The notes below the pieces were generated by a model. The model was not told where the DNA came from and ran no database searches. It was given only the letters and a program-made list of their open reading frames with translations. From the NCBI GenBank assembly GCA_043228905.1, contig JBHGNT010000009.1, forward strand, positions 19,840,001-19,904,000: a stretch of DNA of 64,000 nucleotides. The letters are read 5' to 3'. Position numbers and translations under genes: made by a program. How positions within the stretch are numbered: the first letter of the stretch is position 1; the number at the start of each line of letters is the position of its first letter. Source of the DNA: Azolla caroliniana. Lineage: Eukaryota; Plantae; Polypodiophyta. Of this stretch, positions 1 through 12,416 are shown piece by piece.

Positions 1-41
1 ATGTACATATTTACATATGGTAATATATATTTATACATATA

Positions 42-1888
42 TGTAAAGAATCAAGAGATGGATTCTTGTGAAGTGGAAGAGATGTGCGTTATGTGTGTGT
101 GTAAGCGCGAGAGAGAGTGAAACACAGAGAATACGCAAGGTAAAAGTATATTGACAAAAGAGAAAGACTCAACACTATACAAGGTGGGAGGAGGGTGCTT
201 TATGTAGTCACCCTCTCTCTTCATTAACTACAAGGCTCATGGAGCATGGGGAATGTGAAAGCTCATAAGTTATGTGTCATAGAATAGGATTCTATGACTC
301 ATACTAAATGCTAGAATACAAAGAGGTGACTTAATGGTGACTCTTGACCGTTGGAGTGTCTATTCACTCTCAAGGTGAGTTCACACACTAGACCAAGTTG
401 AGGTTGATTCTCAACACGCCCCCTCAAGCTCAAGTCGGGTCGGTTTCAGACGATATCCGAAATCCGCTTCGACTCGCGTTCTGGAGTCTGCAGCGACTCG
501 TATCGACTCGCATTTATGCGGAGTTGCGGAATCCGTGCTCCAGCTTGCGTTGTGCGTAGTTGCGAAGTCTGTACTTCGGCTTGCGTCTTTCTTCGCGGCT
601 TCGTTGCGCGGTTACGGAATCTCATCTACCTCACGATCACACGACCCGATCTCAGTTATCCGGTCTGTCTCCTTAGCCAATTCATGCAAACATCGTGTGA
701 TACTCACTTGGATTGCGCTAAGAGAGTTCTACGGTACGTGAGCGGCACAATGGATTGCGACATCCTCTACAAGACCGCGATGCCAATACGACTCGAGGGG
801 TACACAGACACCGATTAGGCCGGCTACAAAGCTGATAGAAGATCAACCTCCGGATTTGTTTTCTCCCTCGGTAATAGAGCAATATCTTGGAGTAGCAAGA
901 AGCAGCCTACAGTTGCTCTTTCGAGTACGGAGGCGGAATATAGGGGTGCAGCCGTAGCTGCGTGTGAAGCCGTATGGCTCAAGAGGATTTTGAAGGATCT
1001 GGGCGTACCCATCAAGGATCCGACTTCCCTTTACTGCGACAACATGGAGCAGTATCTATCTGGCTCGGAACCCGATGTTCCATGCGCGGACAAAGCACAT
1101 CGAAGTGCACTATCACTTCATTCGAGAGCGTGTTCTAGCTTGCGATGTCGACCTACAATACATTAGCACAAATCTTCAAACGGCCGACATCTTCACTAAA
1201 GCCTTAGGAGCCGACAAGCTGTGGCAATTCATGACCGATCTCGGATTGACGATCCCTGACCTGCCAAGCTTGAGGGGGAGTACTGAAGACATTACGCAAT
1301 AATGCGTGGATTCCGCAACCGCGGAATGAAGCCGCGAAGAAAGACGCAAGCCGAAGTACAGACTTCGCAACTACGCACAACGCAAGCTGGAGCACGGATT
1401 CTGCAACTCCGCATAAATGCGAGTCGACACGAGTCGACGCGGACTCCAGAACGCGAGTTGAAGCGGATTTCGGATACCATCTGAAACCGACCCGACTTGA
1501 GCTTGAGGGGGCGTGTTGAGAATCAACCTCAACTTGGTCTAGTGTGTGAACTCACCTTGAGAGTGAATAGACACTCCAACGGTCAAGAGTCACCATGAAG
1601 TCACCTCTTTGTATTCTAGCATCTAGTATGAGTCATAGAATCCTATTCTATGACACATAACTTATGAGCTTTCACATTCCCCATGCTCCATGAGCCTTGT
1701 AGTTAATGAAGAGAGAGGGTGACTACATAAAGCACCCTCCTCCCACCATGTATAGTGTTGAGTCTTTCTCCTTTGTCAATATACTTTTACCTTGCGTATT
1801 CTCTGTGTTTCACTCTCTCTCTCTCTTACACACACACATAACTCACATCTCTTCCGCTTCACAAGAATCCATCTCTTGATTCTTTTCA
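42..1888. mobile_element. Fold-back Ty1/copia derivative: two 3' ends (3'UTR+PPT+LTR) in inverted orientation around an RT-end/RNase H fragment
   Basis: 42-621 is the reverse complement of 1309-1888 (580 bp each). LTRs at 42-416 (-) and 1514-1888 (+) are TG...CA, each preceded by PPT GAGGGGGCG. ATATA on both outer flanks. Confidence 0.9.
622..1302 (+). pseudogene. copia pol fragment (RT C-terminus + RNase H)
   Basis: [46 protein letters not shown] motifs, with a stop and a frameshift. Confidence 0.9.
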
Positions 1889-2149
1889 ATATATCTATGT
1901 TTAGTCAATATGCATGTATAAATGGGTGTAATGTATGTACATACATATTCATGGATGTAATGTTTGAATGTAGGTATATATGTATGCATAATATATTCTT
2001 TACTATCTCATTGACATATCTAATATTTCATGAGCTTATATAATTTATTTTTTCAAGCATAACTGATAATAACCTTATATATATACATTCTGTATCTCAG
2101 TGACTAATTTAAACCCCTTTTCATGAACTCATGTGCTATCATATAAGTT

Positions 2150-2420
2150 TTGACAGTGAAGCCCCCGGGGCCACATCACACCGGCCATCAACACCGAGAG
2201 AATCGAGTCCACTCGATTTGGTCCACTCGGACGTCTATGGCCCTATGCCACATCAGTCTCTCAGTGGTGCCTTGTATTTCGTCAGCTTTTTTGACGACTC
2301 GACTCAGGAGGTGTGAGCGTATCTGATAAAGACCAAAGATCGAGTGTTCTCGATTTCCTCCGATTGGCTCGCTATGATCGAAAATCAGTCTGGCCGAAAA
2401 CTCAAATGTCTTCAGACCGA
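2150..2420 (+). pseudogene. copia integrase fragment
   Basis: PLDLVHSDVYGPM...YFVSFFDDST motif. Confidence 0.8.
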
Positions 2421-4517
2421 TACTGTCTTCAAAATAACAAAGAACTTCCATTGAAGCTCGAACTGTGTCTATCTTCTTCTTCATATTGCTACATATTTGT
2501 GTCGCTTGTTGTGCATAGATCAACAAGTTCTCACACACATAGTTCCGCACATACTTTTGAACCTCCTTTCGACAAGTGATATTAGAGTGACTTGTTGTTC
2601 AATGGCGACGAAAAGACAAAGAGAAGAGGGAACCCTACAACTGAAAGAAAAGACCAAGTTAGTAAATCTAAGTTCAAAGAACATGGCTTCAACATCTGGA
2701 ACAATGGTTGAAATCCGAAAGTTCGATAGCAAAAACTTTGCCCTATGGAAGGAGATGATGCAAGATGTGATGATCATTCGAAGACAGGTCGAAGCCATTC
2801 GACATAACGAAAAACTACTTCAATGTCAATGGAAGAGTGGAGATCAATAGTGGAATAGCCAAAAATGTTTATTTCAGTATGGCAAAGGAGACGGCAACAT
2901 TCTCTTTGTGGGAGAAGTTATAGGCTGTGTATGAGAAGAAGTCCTCATCTTCAAAACTGATACTAATCCGACAACTATTCAACATGAAGATGAGAGAGAC
3001 CAATCCAGCAACCTCCCACATCAACACCTTTAGTCGGGTGTTGTCTGAACTCTCCTCCCAAAAACCAAATTTGAAGAAGAAGTAAAAGCCCTTGCCCTCC
3101 TATCGAGCTTGCCGGCGAGTTGGGAGGTTTTCTACACAACATTCACCAACAGTTGTCCAAATCTCAATTTCGACGAGACAATCGAACAAGTCCTCATTGA
3201 GGATATTTGGCGAAAATCGATAGGACTCACTATCGACGAGTCGGCAAAAGCCCACCACTCGACCAAGTTGATCGACCGATCTAGTCGATCAAGAGAACAA
3301 GTCGATAGAACCAGTCGGAACACTAGTCCACCGAGCAAGAGGGGAGACCGACAACAATCGAAGTCAAGAAACAGCCGACCAGGTGATTTCTGCACTCATT
3401 GTCGAAAAACCGGTCACAACGTTTCCGACTGCTGGTCGATCAAGTGGAAGGAGAGCGGTTGATGATTCACACGGAACTTAGGACGATCCGACTCGAACTG
3501 CTCTTCGGTCGGCAACCAAATCAATGTTACTGAATCCCGGTCAGGAGAAATCCTCTCTCTAGAGAACTCTGTGATTGGAGAAGTCCTCTACAATGCACAA
3601 AATGCATACACATGGTTACTAGACTTCGGTGCCACATTTCACATGACCCCGAATATCGAATGGTTTTTGAACTATTCAACCGAAGCCAACGGCACCATTC
3701 GACTCGGCAACGAGTAGGAGTGCATAACTACAAGGACCGGAGGGGTTCCCATCCGACTGCCAAATGGCAACATGATCACCATGCACCAAGTTCGGCATGC
3801 ACTCGATCTAAAAAGGAGTCTGGTCTCCATCGGCATGTTAGCCGAAGACGAGTACCGAACAACTCTCAGTGAGTCGATATGGATGATCAGCTGAGGAAGC
3901 TTGAAGATCAAATGTGGACACAAGTACAACAACTTGTATCCAATAATGGTGATCAATCCAGAACGGGTCGTGAATGTAGCCGAATCGATCGACCCGAACT
4001 TATGGCATGGCCGACTCGGCCATATGTCACAAGCCGGACTTGACCTATTGATGGCAATCAGCTACATTCCTAAACTCCTAGCGAAGATGGACTTCTGCGA
4101 GAATTGTTGCTACAGGAAACAAACCCGAAGTCCATACATTCTCCAGTACGAGATGTTACGATAACCCCTAGAGCTCATGCACACATATATATGTGGGCCT
4201 ATGCCCGAGCAATCACTAGGAGCCACCCGGTACTTCATCACATTTATAAATGATTGTACACGGAAGGTTTGGGCCTACTGGATAAGGTCCAAAGACGAAG
4301 CGCTCTAGATCTTCGCTCGATGATTAGTCGAAGTGGAGAATCGATCACGATACAGAGTGAAGATGCTCCGATCCGACAACGGAGGTGAATACACCTCCCA
4401 AGCCTTCAAACATTACTTGTCCAACAAAGGGATCCGACACCAAAAGACTGTTCCATACACACCCATGCACAATGCTCCAGCAAGCCAGACTAAAGCTAGA
4501 GTTTTGGGCCGAAGCGT

Positions 4518-5710
4518 TGTCGTGAAGATCCATCACTACGCGCGGATCGTGAGGCGGAACCGCTGGGGTTCTGGACCGGAAGGACTCAAAGTTGGCGCTA
4601 GCTTTAGCAAGAAAGGTTTTAAGATAGATTGAAAGAGAGAGATTGAGATAAGATAGAACACTTGATTTTTAGATTGAGAGAGAGTTTTTGAGAGACAAGA
4701 TATATCATCAATTGGATAACGAATTTCTTACTTTTAATTTTAATTTTGATCTCAAGTACAAAGCTTCCCAAAAATTTTACATTCACCCTTTCATCTTTTT
4801 CCTCCCCTCTTTTATAGATGCCCTCATGCATTTGAGGGTACAAGACATGCATAAAATGCATGTTTGCCATTTGGCGCTCATCTATTACATGTGGTGCATG
4901 ATAACCACGTCACTCATTTAAGGTCTCATGTATGACAATTTACATGTAAAATTATAATGATAAAAATATTATTTCATGAAAATGTCTTGGTTTAGTGGTA
5001 AGCCTATAGACTCTCAACTTGGAGGTGCAAGGTTTAAATCCACACTTGCACTCCTTGTCTATATATATATACATTTATTTATTTATTTATATATCTATTC
5101 GGTCGCCGGATGACGCCAGTTACCGTCGATCGCCGGATTTCGCCGGTTCGCCGGATGCCGCCGGTTACCATCGGTTCGCTGAATCTTGATTCCGTCGCCG
5201 GATGTCGGTTACCGTCGATCGCTGGATGCCGGATCCGCCGCCGACCAACCGATTCCGGTTTGCTTTCCAACCAGTTCCAGTTTGCTTACTAGTCGGTTCC
5301 GGATTGCTTACCAACCGGTCCTGGTTTGCTTTCCTGCCAGTCCCAATTTGCTTACCGGCAGGTTCCAGTTTCATTATCGGTCGGTTCCATTTTATTGCCA
5401 GTCGGTTTTTGGGAATTTGGCCACATTCATCCATCTAGACAAAGTGGCCAAAGTGCTCTTAGCACAAATGAAAAAATAAGGGATCTCAATGTGCTTATAT
5501 AGCCAGGGCCTTAACTTTCCAATCTATGTGGGATATTTCACAGTTTTATTTTTCTTTTCTTTTTTTCTTTTGCAAAACTTCATACCCACATAAGTTGACA
5601 CTTAGATGTCCGTTTCTTATGTAGTAAAGTGCATCCGAAAGCTCTTCAAGACCTCCATCCTTTTATAGTTTTATGTGATTTTCACACCACTACATAAAAT
5701 CTTCACGACA
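4518..5710. mobile_element. Non-coding TGTCGTGAAGAT...ATCTTCACGACA element (family B; solo-LTR-like or Ginger-like), 4-bp TSD
   Basis: 12-bp terminal IR; TSD GCGT/GCGT; removing it restores host integrase FWAEALQT; homologous to 41921-42993 in reverse orientation. Confidence 0.9.
4983..5052 (+). pseudogene. tRNA-like (A-box/B-box) module inside family B element
   Basis: TGGTTTAGTGGTAAG ... GGTTTAAATCC with tRNA-like spacing. Confidence 0.6.
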
Positions 5711-7856
5711 GCGTTGCAGACAACAGTTTACCTAATAAATCTATCACCGTCGAAAGCAATCAGGCTGAAAGTGCCACAAGCATTGTTGTTAGGCAAACAA
5801 CCAACCTACGATAGGCTTTGTATATTCGAATGTGAAGCCTATGCATTCATCCCCAAGGAGAAAAGGACCAAGTTGGCACCCGATGCAACAAAATGCATAT
5901 TTCTCGGTTATGGAACCAATGGGGAATTCGGCTATAGACTATGGGACCCAAAGAACCAGAAACTGATCTGAAGCAGTGATGTAGTCTTCAATGAAGACTC
6001 TATTCTCTTTGAGAGGAAAAATCAGAAAATAGTTGGCAAAAATGTATGCTTTGAAGTTGATGAAAATGTTGTAGAAGGACCAACCCAATGGGCCTAATCG
6101 GAGATTCGACAAACAGTCGAAATCGACCGAGCCAACATCACACTTGCCGATTCTGACTCGGCAATATGTCCACTAGTCGAAATAGATTCGACTAAGAGAT
6201 TGACAAGGTCAATATTGTCCAACCAAGGCAAAGCCGAATCGACAAGAGTTGAGAAAGACAAAGCCACCAAATGCCAAGTCGAAAAAGATAGAGCTGAAAA
6301 AGACAAAGTCAATTCGACCGACACATAAAAAATGTTAAGGGAAAAAATCAATCTGAGTCGGCTAAGTCTTCTACCTCTAAGTTAATCAATCTTGAAGAAG
6401 GGAAGGATGATGTGACATCACCAAAATCCTACTACAGGGGCGATTCATCCAAAAGGACTCCTGAAGGCGGTTCAAGCAATACTGGCCTGATAAAATCGGC
6501 ACCCAGTAGATCCAGAAGAGTTAGAAGGCCAATAGAGTTCTATCAATCGGGCCTCGACTACGTCAACTATACAGACGTTGGTGAACCAAACTCCTAAGAG
6601 GAAGCCATAGTCGCGTCAGACACCGACACATGGCTACAAGCCATGAGATCCAAGATGGACTCGATCCATCAGAACAATACATGGGAGTTGGTTGAACTAC
6701 CAGCTAGAAGAAAGCCATTGCCCTGCAAATGGGTATTCAGATACAAATATGTATCCTATTAAGTGAAGCCCAAATACAAAGCTCAGCTCGTAACGAAAGG
6801 GTTCAAACTGGAACATGGGGTCGACTACGACAAGATATTCTTACCAATAGTCAAGATGACCACCCTTCGCCTCCTACTTGGGGTCGTGGCGACAAAAGAC
6901 CAGGAGCTCGAGCAGATGGACGTAAAGACAACATTCCTAAATTCACAACTCCAAAAATGTAGGCAATATTCATAAACTATCAAAACTGTCAAACCTAGAC
7001 GTGAACATTAATATATTATTGGAACATATCACATAGTTATATTGATGCCATCTGTGTCAGCTTGATAGACTTTGTCTGGAGTCGACCACGAACAATGGAG
7101 TGCGGTCAATTGGTTCACTCGATGTCGTTCAAGTCGAATCGGTTTCGACTATTTGGCAAATTCTGTCTGGAGTGATTACAGTCAAACGACTTAGTCAAAT
7201 TGGACCCGAGTTTGCCGATTCGATTTCAAATGTCGATTTTCGAGATTTTCAAACACAAATGTGCCAATTTTCCAGACCGATCTTGCTTTAGGTGACTACG
7301 ACAATGAGAGGAACAGATTCAACTAACCTTTCCGAATGTTGTCTAGCTGAATGAAACATGGAAGGGGGTTGTTCTTGGAGCCCATACTACTACGAGTGAT
7401 TACGACGAGCGAGTAAATAGCGTCGATTGATCTATTTGATTGTCTTCTAATCCTATGTAGCACGATTGATGCAGAGCTTGTGATGCAAAATCTCACTCCG
7501 AGCGGCTACAATAACAGGGGTGAAGTGCGGCCGATTGACTCACTTCAATGCTGATCTATTTGATTGTCTTCTAATCCTATGTAGCACGATTGATGCAGAG
7601 CTTGTGATGCAAAATCTCACTCCGAGTGGCTACAATCACAGGGGTGAAGTGCAGCCGATTGACTCACTTCAATGCTGATTTAGAAGAATGGAGTGTAGAT
7701 TTTGCCGGTGTTTCTCTTTGTGAAAACGATCTTGTAGAGAGTTGTCAATTGAAATCTTCAAGGTGTACCAGGGAAGAGTTGTTGATGGAGACAAAGTAGA
7801 CGGTGATAGCAGAATCGAAAAACACCAAGCTTTGATACCAAATGTTGAGAACGCGG

Positions 7857-9356
7857 TGTCGTGCCTTTCAACTCCGGATCATTGCGTGGGTCGGGTGGGA
7901 ACCACTGAGGTTTTGGACTAGGAGAAAGAAGAATACAATATAAGGCTAGTTATGAATAGGTAGAAAGAGAAGTAAGAAATAAAACTTGTGAATCCCACGT
8001 GTTTAGTGTATTTAATCAATATTTAGTTTGTAAGAAAGAGAATTTTGATGATAAACTCGTGAATCCCACGAATATATTAGATTGATCAATCGTTGTAAAA
8101 TAATCAACAACATCATACATCTTTCTCTCCTCCTCATATAAGGATGGAAGAGGCTAAGCATAGCTTCATGCTTTTTCTAAAGTGTTCATGCACGCTAGGT
8201 GTGCATGAGTTGCCATCTCTCAACCATGCTTTCCATTTTCTAAATAAAGTTTTCACCTACTCTAAAAGTGCATGATCTGCCTTCTGGTAAAAGAAGGCAT
8301 AAATATAAGTCATATATCACTTATGATAAGTTATTACAATAGTAAATTTTGGGTTTATTTACATGGAGGTACAAGGTTCGAATCCTGCCCTATGCATGTA
8401 ATAACCTTTTCTTCTATTTACAAATTTGTCTCTTCATCCGGCTCTTGCCGGTTTTGCTTGATCCAGTTCTCACCAGGTCCTCCTTGCCGGTTCCTCCTTC
8501 ATCCGTTTCTCATCGACTCTCACCGGCCTTCTTCATCCGGCTCTTGCCGGTCTGCTTCGTCCGGTTCTCATCGGGTACTCTTACCGGGTCCTCCTTGCCG
8601 ACTCTCATATATCACTTGTAATAAGTTATTACAATAGTAAAGTTTGGGTTTATTTACATGGAGGTACAGGGTACGAATCCTGCCCTATGCATGTAACAAC
8701 CTTTTCTTCTATTTACAAATTTGTCTCTTCATCCAGTGAGAGACTCTCACCGGCATTCTTTATCCGGCTCTTGCCGGTTCTGCTTGATCCGGTTCTCACC
8801 GGGTCCTTCTTTCCGGTTCCTCCTTCATCTGTTTCTCACCGACTCTCACCAGCCTTCTTCATCCGGCTCTTGCCGGTCTGCTTCGTCCGGTTCTCATCGG
8901 GTACTCTTACCGGGTCCTCCTTGCTGACTCTCATATATCACTTGTAATAAGTTATTACAATAGTAAAGTTTGGGTTTATTTACATGGAGGTACAGGGTTC
9001 AAATCCTGCCCTATGCATGTAACAACCTTTTCTTCTATTTACAAATTTGTCTCTTCATCCGGTGAGAGACTCTCACCGGCATTCTTTATCCGGCTCTTGC
9101 CGGTTCTGCTTGATCCGGTTCTCACCGGGTCCTCCTTTCTGGTTCCTCCTTCATCTGTTTCTCACCGACTCTCACCGGCCTTCTTCATCCGGCTCTTGCC
9201 AGTCTGCTTCGTCCGGTTCTCATCGGGTACTCTTACCGGGCCCTCCTTGCCGACTCTCACCGACCTTCTTCATTCGGCTCTTGTTGGGTCTGCTTCGTCC
9301 CATCCGGAGGGACCAAAAATGCAATTTTCTCATAGTGTGCGATTTACACTACGACA
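7857..9356. mobile_element. Non-coding TGTCGTG...CTACGACA element (family A), 4-bp TSD, with triplicated internal cassette
   Basis: Termini shared with the copies at 10111, 23341, 31267 and 36361; TSD GCGG/ACGG. Confidence 0.85.
8310..9314 (+). repeat. Three tandem units (295, 326, ~326 bp), each a tRNA-like module plus a CCGG-rich segment
   Basis: Units start at TCATATATCACT (8310, 8605, 8931); B-box-like motifs at 8375, 8670 and 8996. Confidence 0.9.
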
Positions 9357-10110
9357 ACGGTCGTCTAGGTGTGGAACAATCTCAACATCTTCTGTGAGGA
9401 GATCATTAATAGATGCAATGAAGAAGATTGATGACAACTAGAAACATAATCAAGAAGGAAGATCAACAAGAATGTAAGAGAGAGAGACGTTAGGAACAAG
9501 ATGAACTATATTTGCAACAACCAGAAAGCTAGGTTACAAAGTTAGTTTATATACTGATTGATTAACTCGTTCAATTTGTCCACTTGATTGAGGATGATTT
9601 GCAGAACTTGGAATCACTAGTAAACTTGGAATCTCGATCAATAACAATATCCATCGGCAATCCATAAAAAAGAAATAACTCATCAACAAATTGATAAGCC
9701 ATATATTGAGTGGTTACCGTGGTTTTGGTAGGAATAAACCTAGACAATTTTGTTAGTTGGTCAACAACAACCCAAATGACATCATGACCCCTCTATGTAT
9801 GAGTTAAACTAACAATAAAATCCGTCAAGATACTTTCCCATTTGTTGTTGGGAATATCTAAGGGATGCAAAAATCTAGCAGCTTTATGTTATTTTGATTT
9901 ATTAATCTAACAATTGTAAGCATTGAGTCACGTATTTATGTACGTAAGAGCACATCTTCGGCTAGAAAAAAGTACTCGACATGAGAACGAGTGTGCGTTG
10001 TATTCTAGGATGACCAACAGATTGTGCATCATGACATTCATGAAGAATTTTTTGTTTCACGTTTGGTAAATCTAGAACACTGACCTTTCCACTATGGTAA
10101 AGCAAACTAT

Positions 10111-10928
10111 TGTCGTGTCTTTAGGCATCGCATTGTTGCGTGATTCGGGTGGAAACCGAAGAGGTTTTGGACTAGGAAAAGGAAGAATTTAAAGCAGATA
10201 AGATTGTGAATAGATTATAAGAAAGAGAGATAGAAAACTCGTGAATCCCATGAGTATAATGTATTTTATTAATCAATATTTAGATAATAATATGAATATA
10301 TTGAAAGAGAGAGAGATAGAAAACTTGTGAATCCCACGAGTATAATGTATTTGATTAATCAATATTTAAATAAGAATATGAATAGATTGAAAGAGAGAGA
10401 TATAGAAAACTCGTGAATCCCATGAGTATAGTTTATTAGATTAATCCATATTTAAAACCCTAATAATACCCAAGAATTCTTACCCCAAAATTTTCACACC
10501 CAATTACAATGTACTCCCATCCTTATATAGTGATGGGAGATGCTTAGCAATCCATCCTTTTTCTAACTATAGCCTTTATTTCTTATAAACTTAATGCTTT
10601 TTTCAATCATGCCTTTTCTAAACTTCATGCTTTCTTTCTATCATACTTTTTTCTAAAAGTGTTCACACACACATTAGATGTGCATGAGTAGCTTTTTCCT
10701 AGAAAATATGCGTGAAGATAATGTTTTCTACTTCGAAAATCTATTCTTTTATCACTCATGATGTGTTAGTATAATGGTAAGGTTTAAAATTGTTAACATG
10801 GAGGTATAGAGTTTGAATTTTTCCTTACGCATGTAAAATATATTTTAATATTTTCTTCTTTTTCTTCATACTTATTCAATCGGGTATTCCATATGTTTTT
10901 CACATAGTGTACGAATTACACTACGACA
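10111..10928. mobile_element. Family A TGTCGTG...CTACGACA element
   Basis: Shared termini and internal motifs; decayed TSD CTAT/TTGT; degenerate tRNA-like module at 10760-10833. Confidence 0.8.
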
Positions 10929-11419
10929 TTGTTGTAATGTGAAAGGTCTCCTTCGAGGGTAGGGTGCTAGTAACGACATCTAAACCAGATTCGGCTTTTG
11001 TCCAGTATTTCGAGAAATAGCTATCATCAATGTATTTCCCTCAAAGGTGATCTAAAAGATTAGGTTTTATTTCCTTGAAGCTAAGCATGTTAACTTCTAT
11101 AACGCAACTAAGCGCATCCACAATAGTGTTCATAGAGTGGAAACAATGAGCTATGTCCTTGACATAGCTAATTAGCTATGCAAAAAGCTACCATTGATAA
11201 ATAGTCATTTTTGCAAAAAGCTACCATTGAAAAGAGTAGAGAGTTTTAATTATATAAATGAGCACCATAAATGTGCAACATAAACGCGCAACATAAATTG
11301 ATGTGTGCACCATAAATGTGTACCATAAATTATATACTGAATTCCTAGGTCCATTCTACATGATCCTTTGCCACATTACGTGGGCCATCTTTGGTTGAGT
11401 ATTCTGGCTTAGATTACTA

Positions 11420-12265
11420 CCACTGTTGCTAAACCCTATTGAGTCCACTCCTCCATCGCCGCCATTCTACACAGTTACCGGCATTGTGTGGTCCAAGTAT
11501 CATTTGCCACTGTTCGATCCGACGGAGTTCACTCCTCCATTGCCACCATTCTACACTCAGTTGCCGCCACTGTTCAGTCCAAGCATCATCTGCCAAGTTC
11601 ACTCCTCCATTGCCGCCACTCTACACTCAGTTGCCGCTATTGTGAAGGTCGTATATTGCTGCCACTTTTTGATCCGACGGAGTTAACTCCTTCTCCACTG
11701 CCGTCATACTACTCTTAGTTGCCATCACTGTGCGTTCCAAGCATCATCTGCCATTGTTCGATCTGACGGAGTTCACTCCTCCATTGCCATCATTCTACAT
11801 TCAGTAGCCGCTACTATTTGGTGACCGGTCCTGGATTGCTGCCACTTTTCGATTTGACGGAGTTCACTCATCCATTGCCATCATTCTACACTTAGTTGCC
11901 GCTACTATGCGGTCCTGCATTGCTGCCACTTTTCGATTTGAGGGAGTTCACTCATCTATTGCCGCTACTGTTCGGTCGTGTATTGCTGCCACTTTTCGAT
12001 CCGAAGGAGTTGACTCCTTCTCCACTGCTGCCATTCTACTCTTAGTTGTCGTCACTGTGCGTTCCAAGCATCATTTGCCACTGTTCGATCCGACAGAATT
12101 CACTCCTCTATGGCCATCATTCTACACTCAATTGTCGCCATTGTTCGGTCCTAGATTGTCAAAATTGTTTGATCAAACGGAGTTCACTCCTCCACTACCG
12201 CCATTCTACACTGAGTTGCCACCACTATTCGGCCCTGGATTAACACCATTGTTCGGTCTTGGATT
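11420..12265 (+). repeat. Subterminal degenerate tandem repeat (core TTCGATCCGACGGAGTTCACTCCTCCATTGCCACCATTCTACACTCAGTTGCCGC)
   Basis: Roughly ten variable copies upstream of the transposase ATG. Confidence 0.85.
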
Positions 12266-12416
12266 TTAATAACTATTCTGTCTATTGATTGTCTTGTGTA
12301 TTGTTGTGTATAATCTTGTGTATTGCGGAATATTTTTGTGTATTGTTGTTGCCCATAGCCATCTTTAATACGTGTCTTTTTTTGGGGAAAATTAGGGTTT
12401 AAACCCGTGAAGCCAA

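Larger units (their letters stand above)
2424..6940 (+). mobile_element. Decayed, 3'-truncated Ty1/copia (short LTR, degenerate PBS, gag-PR-INT-RT start)
   Basis: TGTC...GACA at 2424-2574; TGATATTAGAG (decayed tRNA-Met PBS) at about 2577; gag KFDSKNFALWK; zinc knuckle CTHCRKTGHNVSDC; LWHGRLGH; RSDNGGEY; KCIFLGYG; QMDVKTTFL; many stops. Confidence 0.85.
7040..9560 (-). mobile_element. 5' fragment of a Ty1/copia (partial LTR, PBS, 5'UTR), interrupted by the 7857-9356 element
   Basis: GCTTTGATACCA (reverse PBS) at about 7829-7840 next to TGTTG; similar to the reverse complement of 57700-58590; internal ~125-bp tandem duplication at about 7430-7680. Confidence 0.7.
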
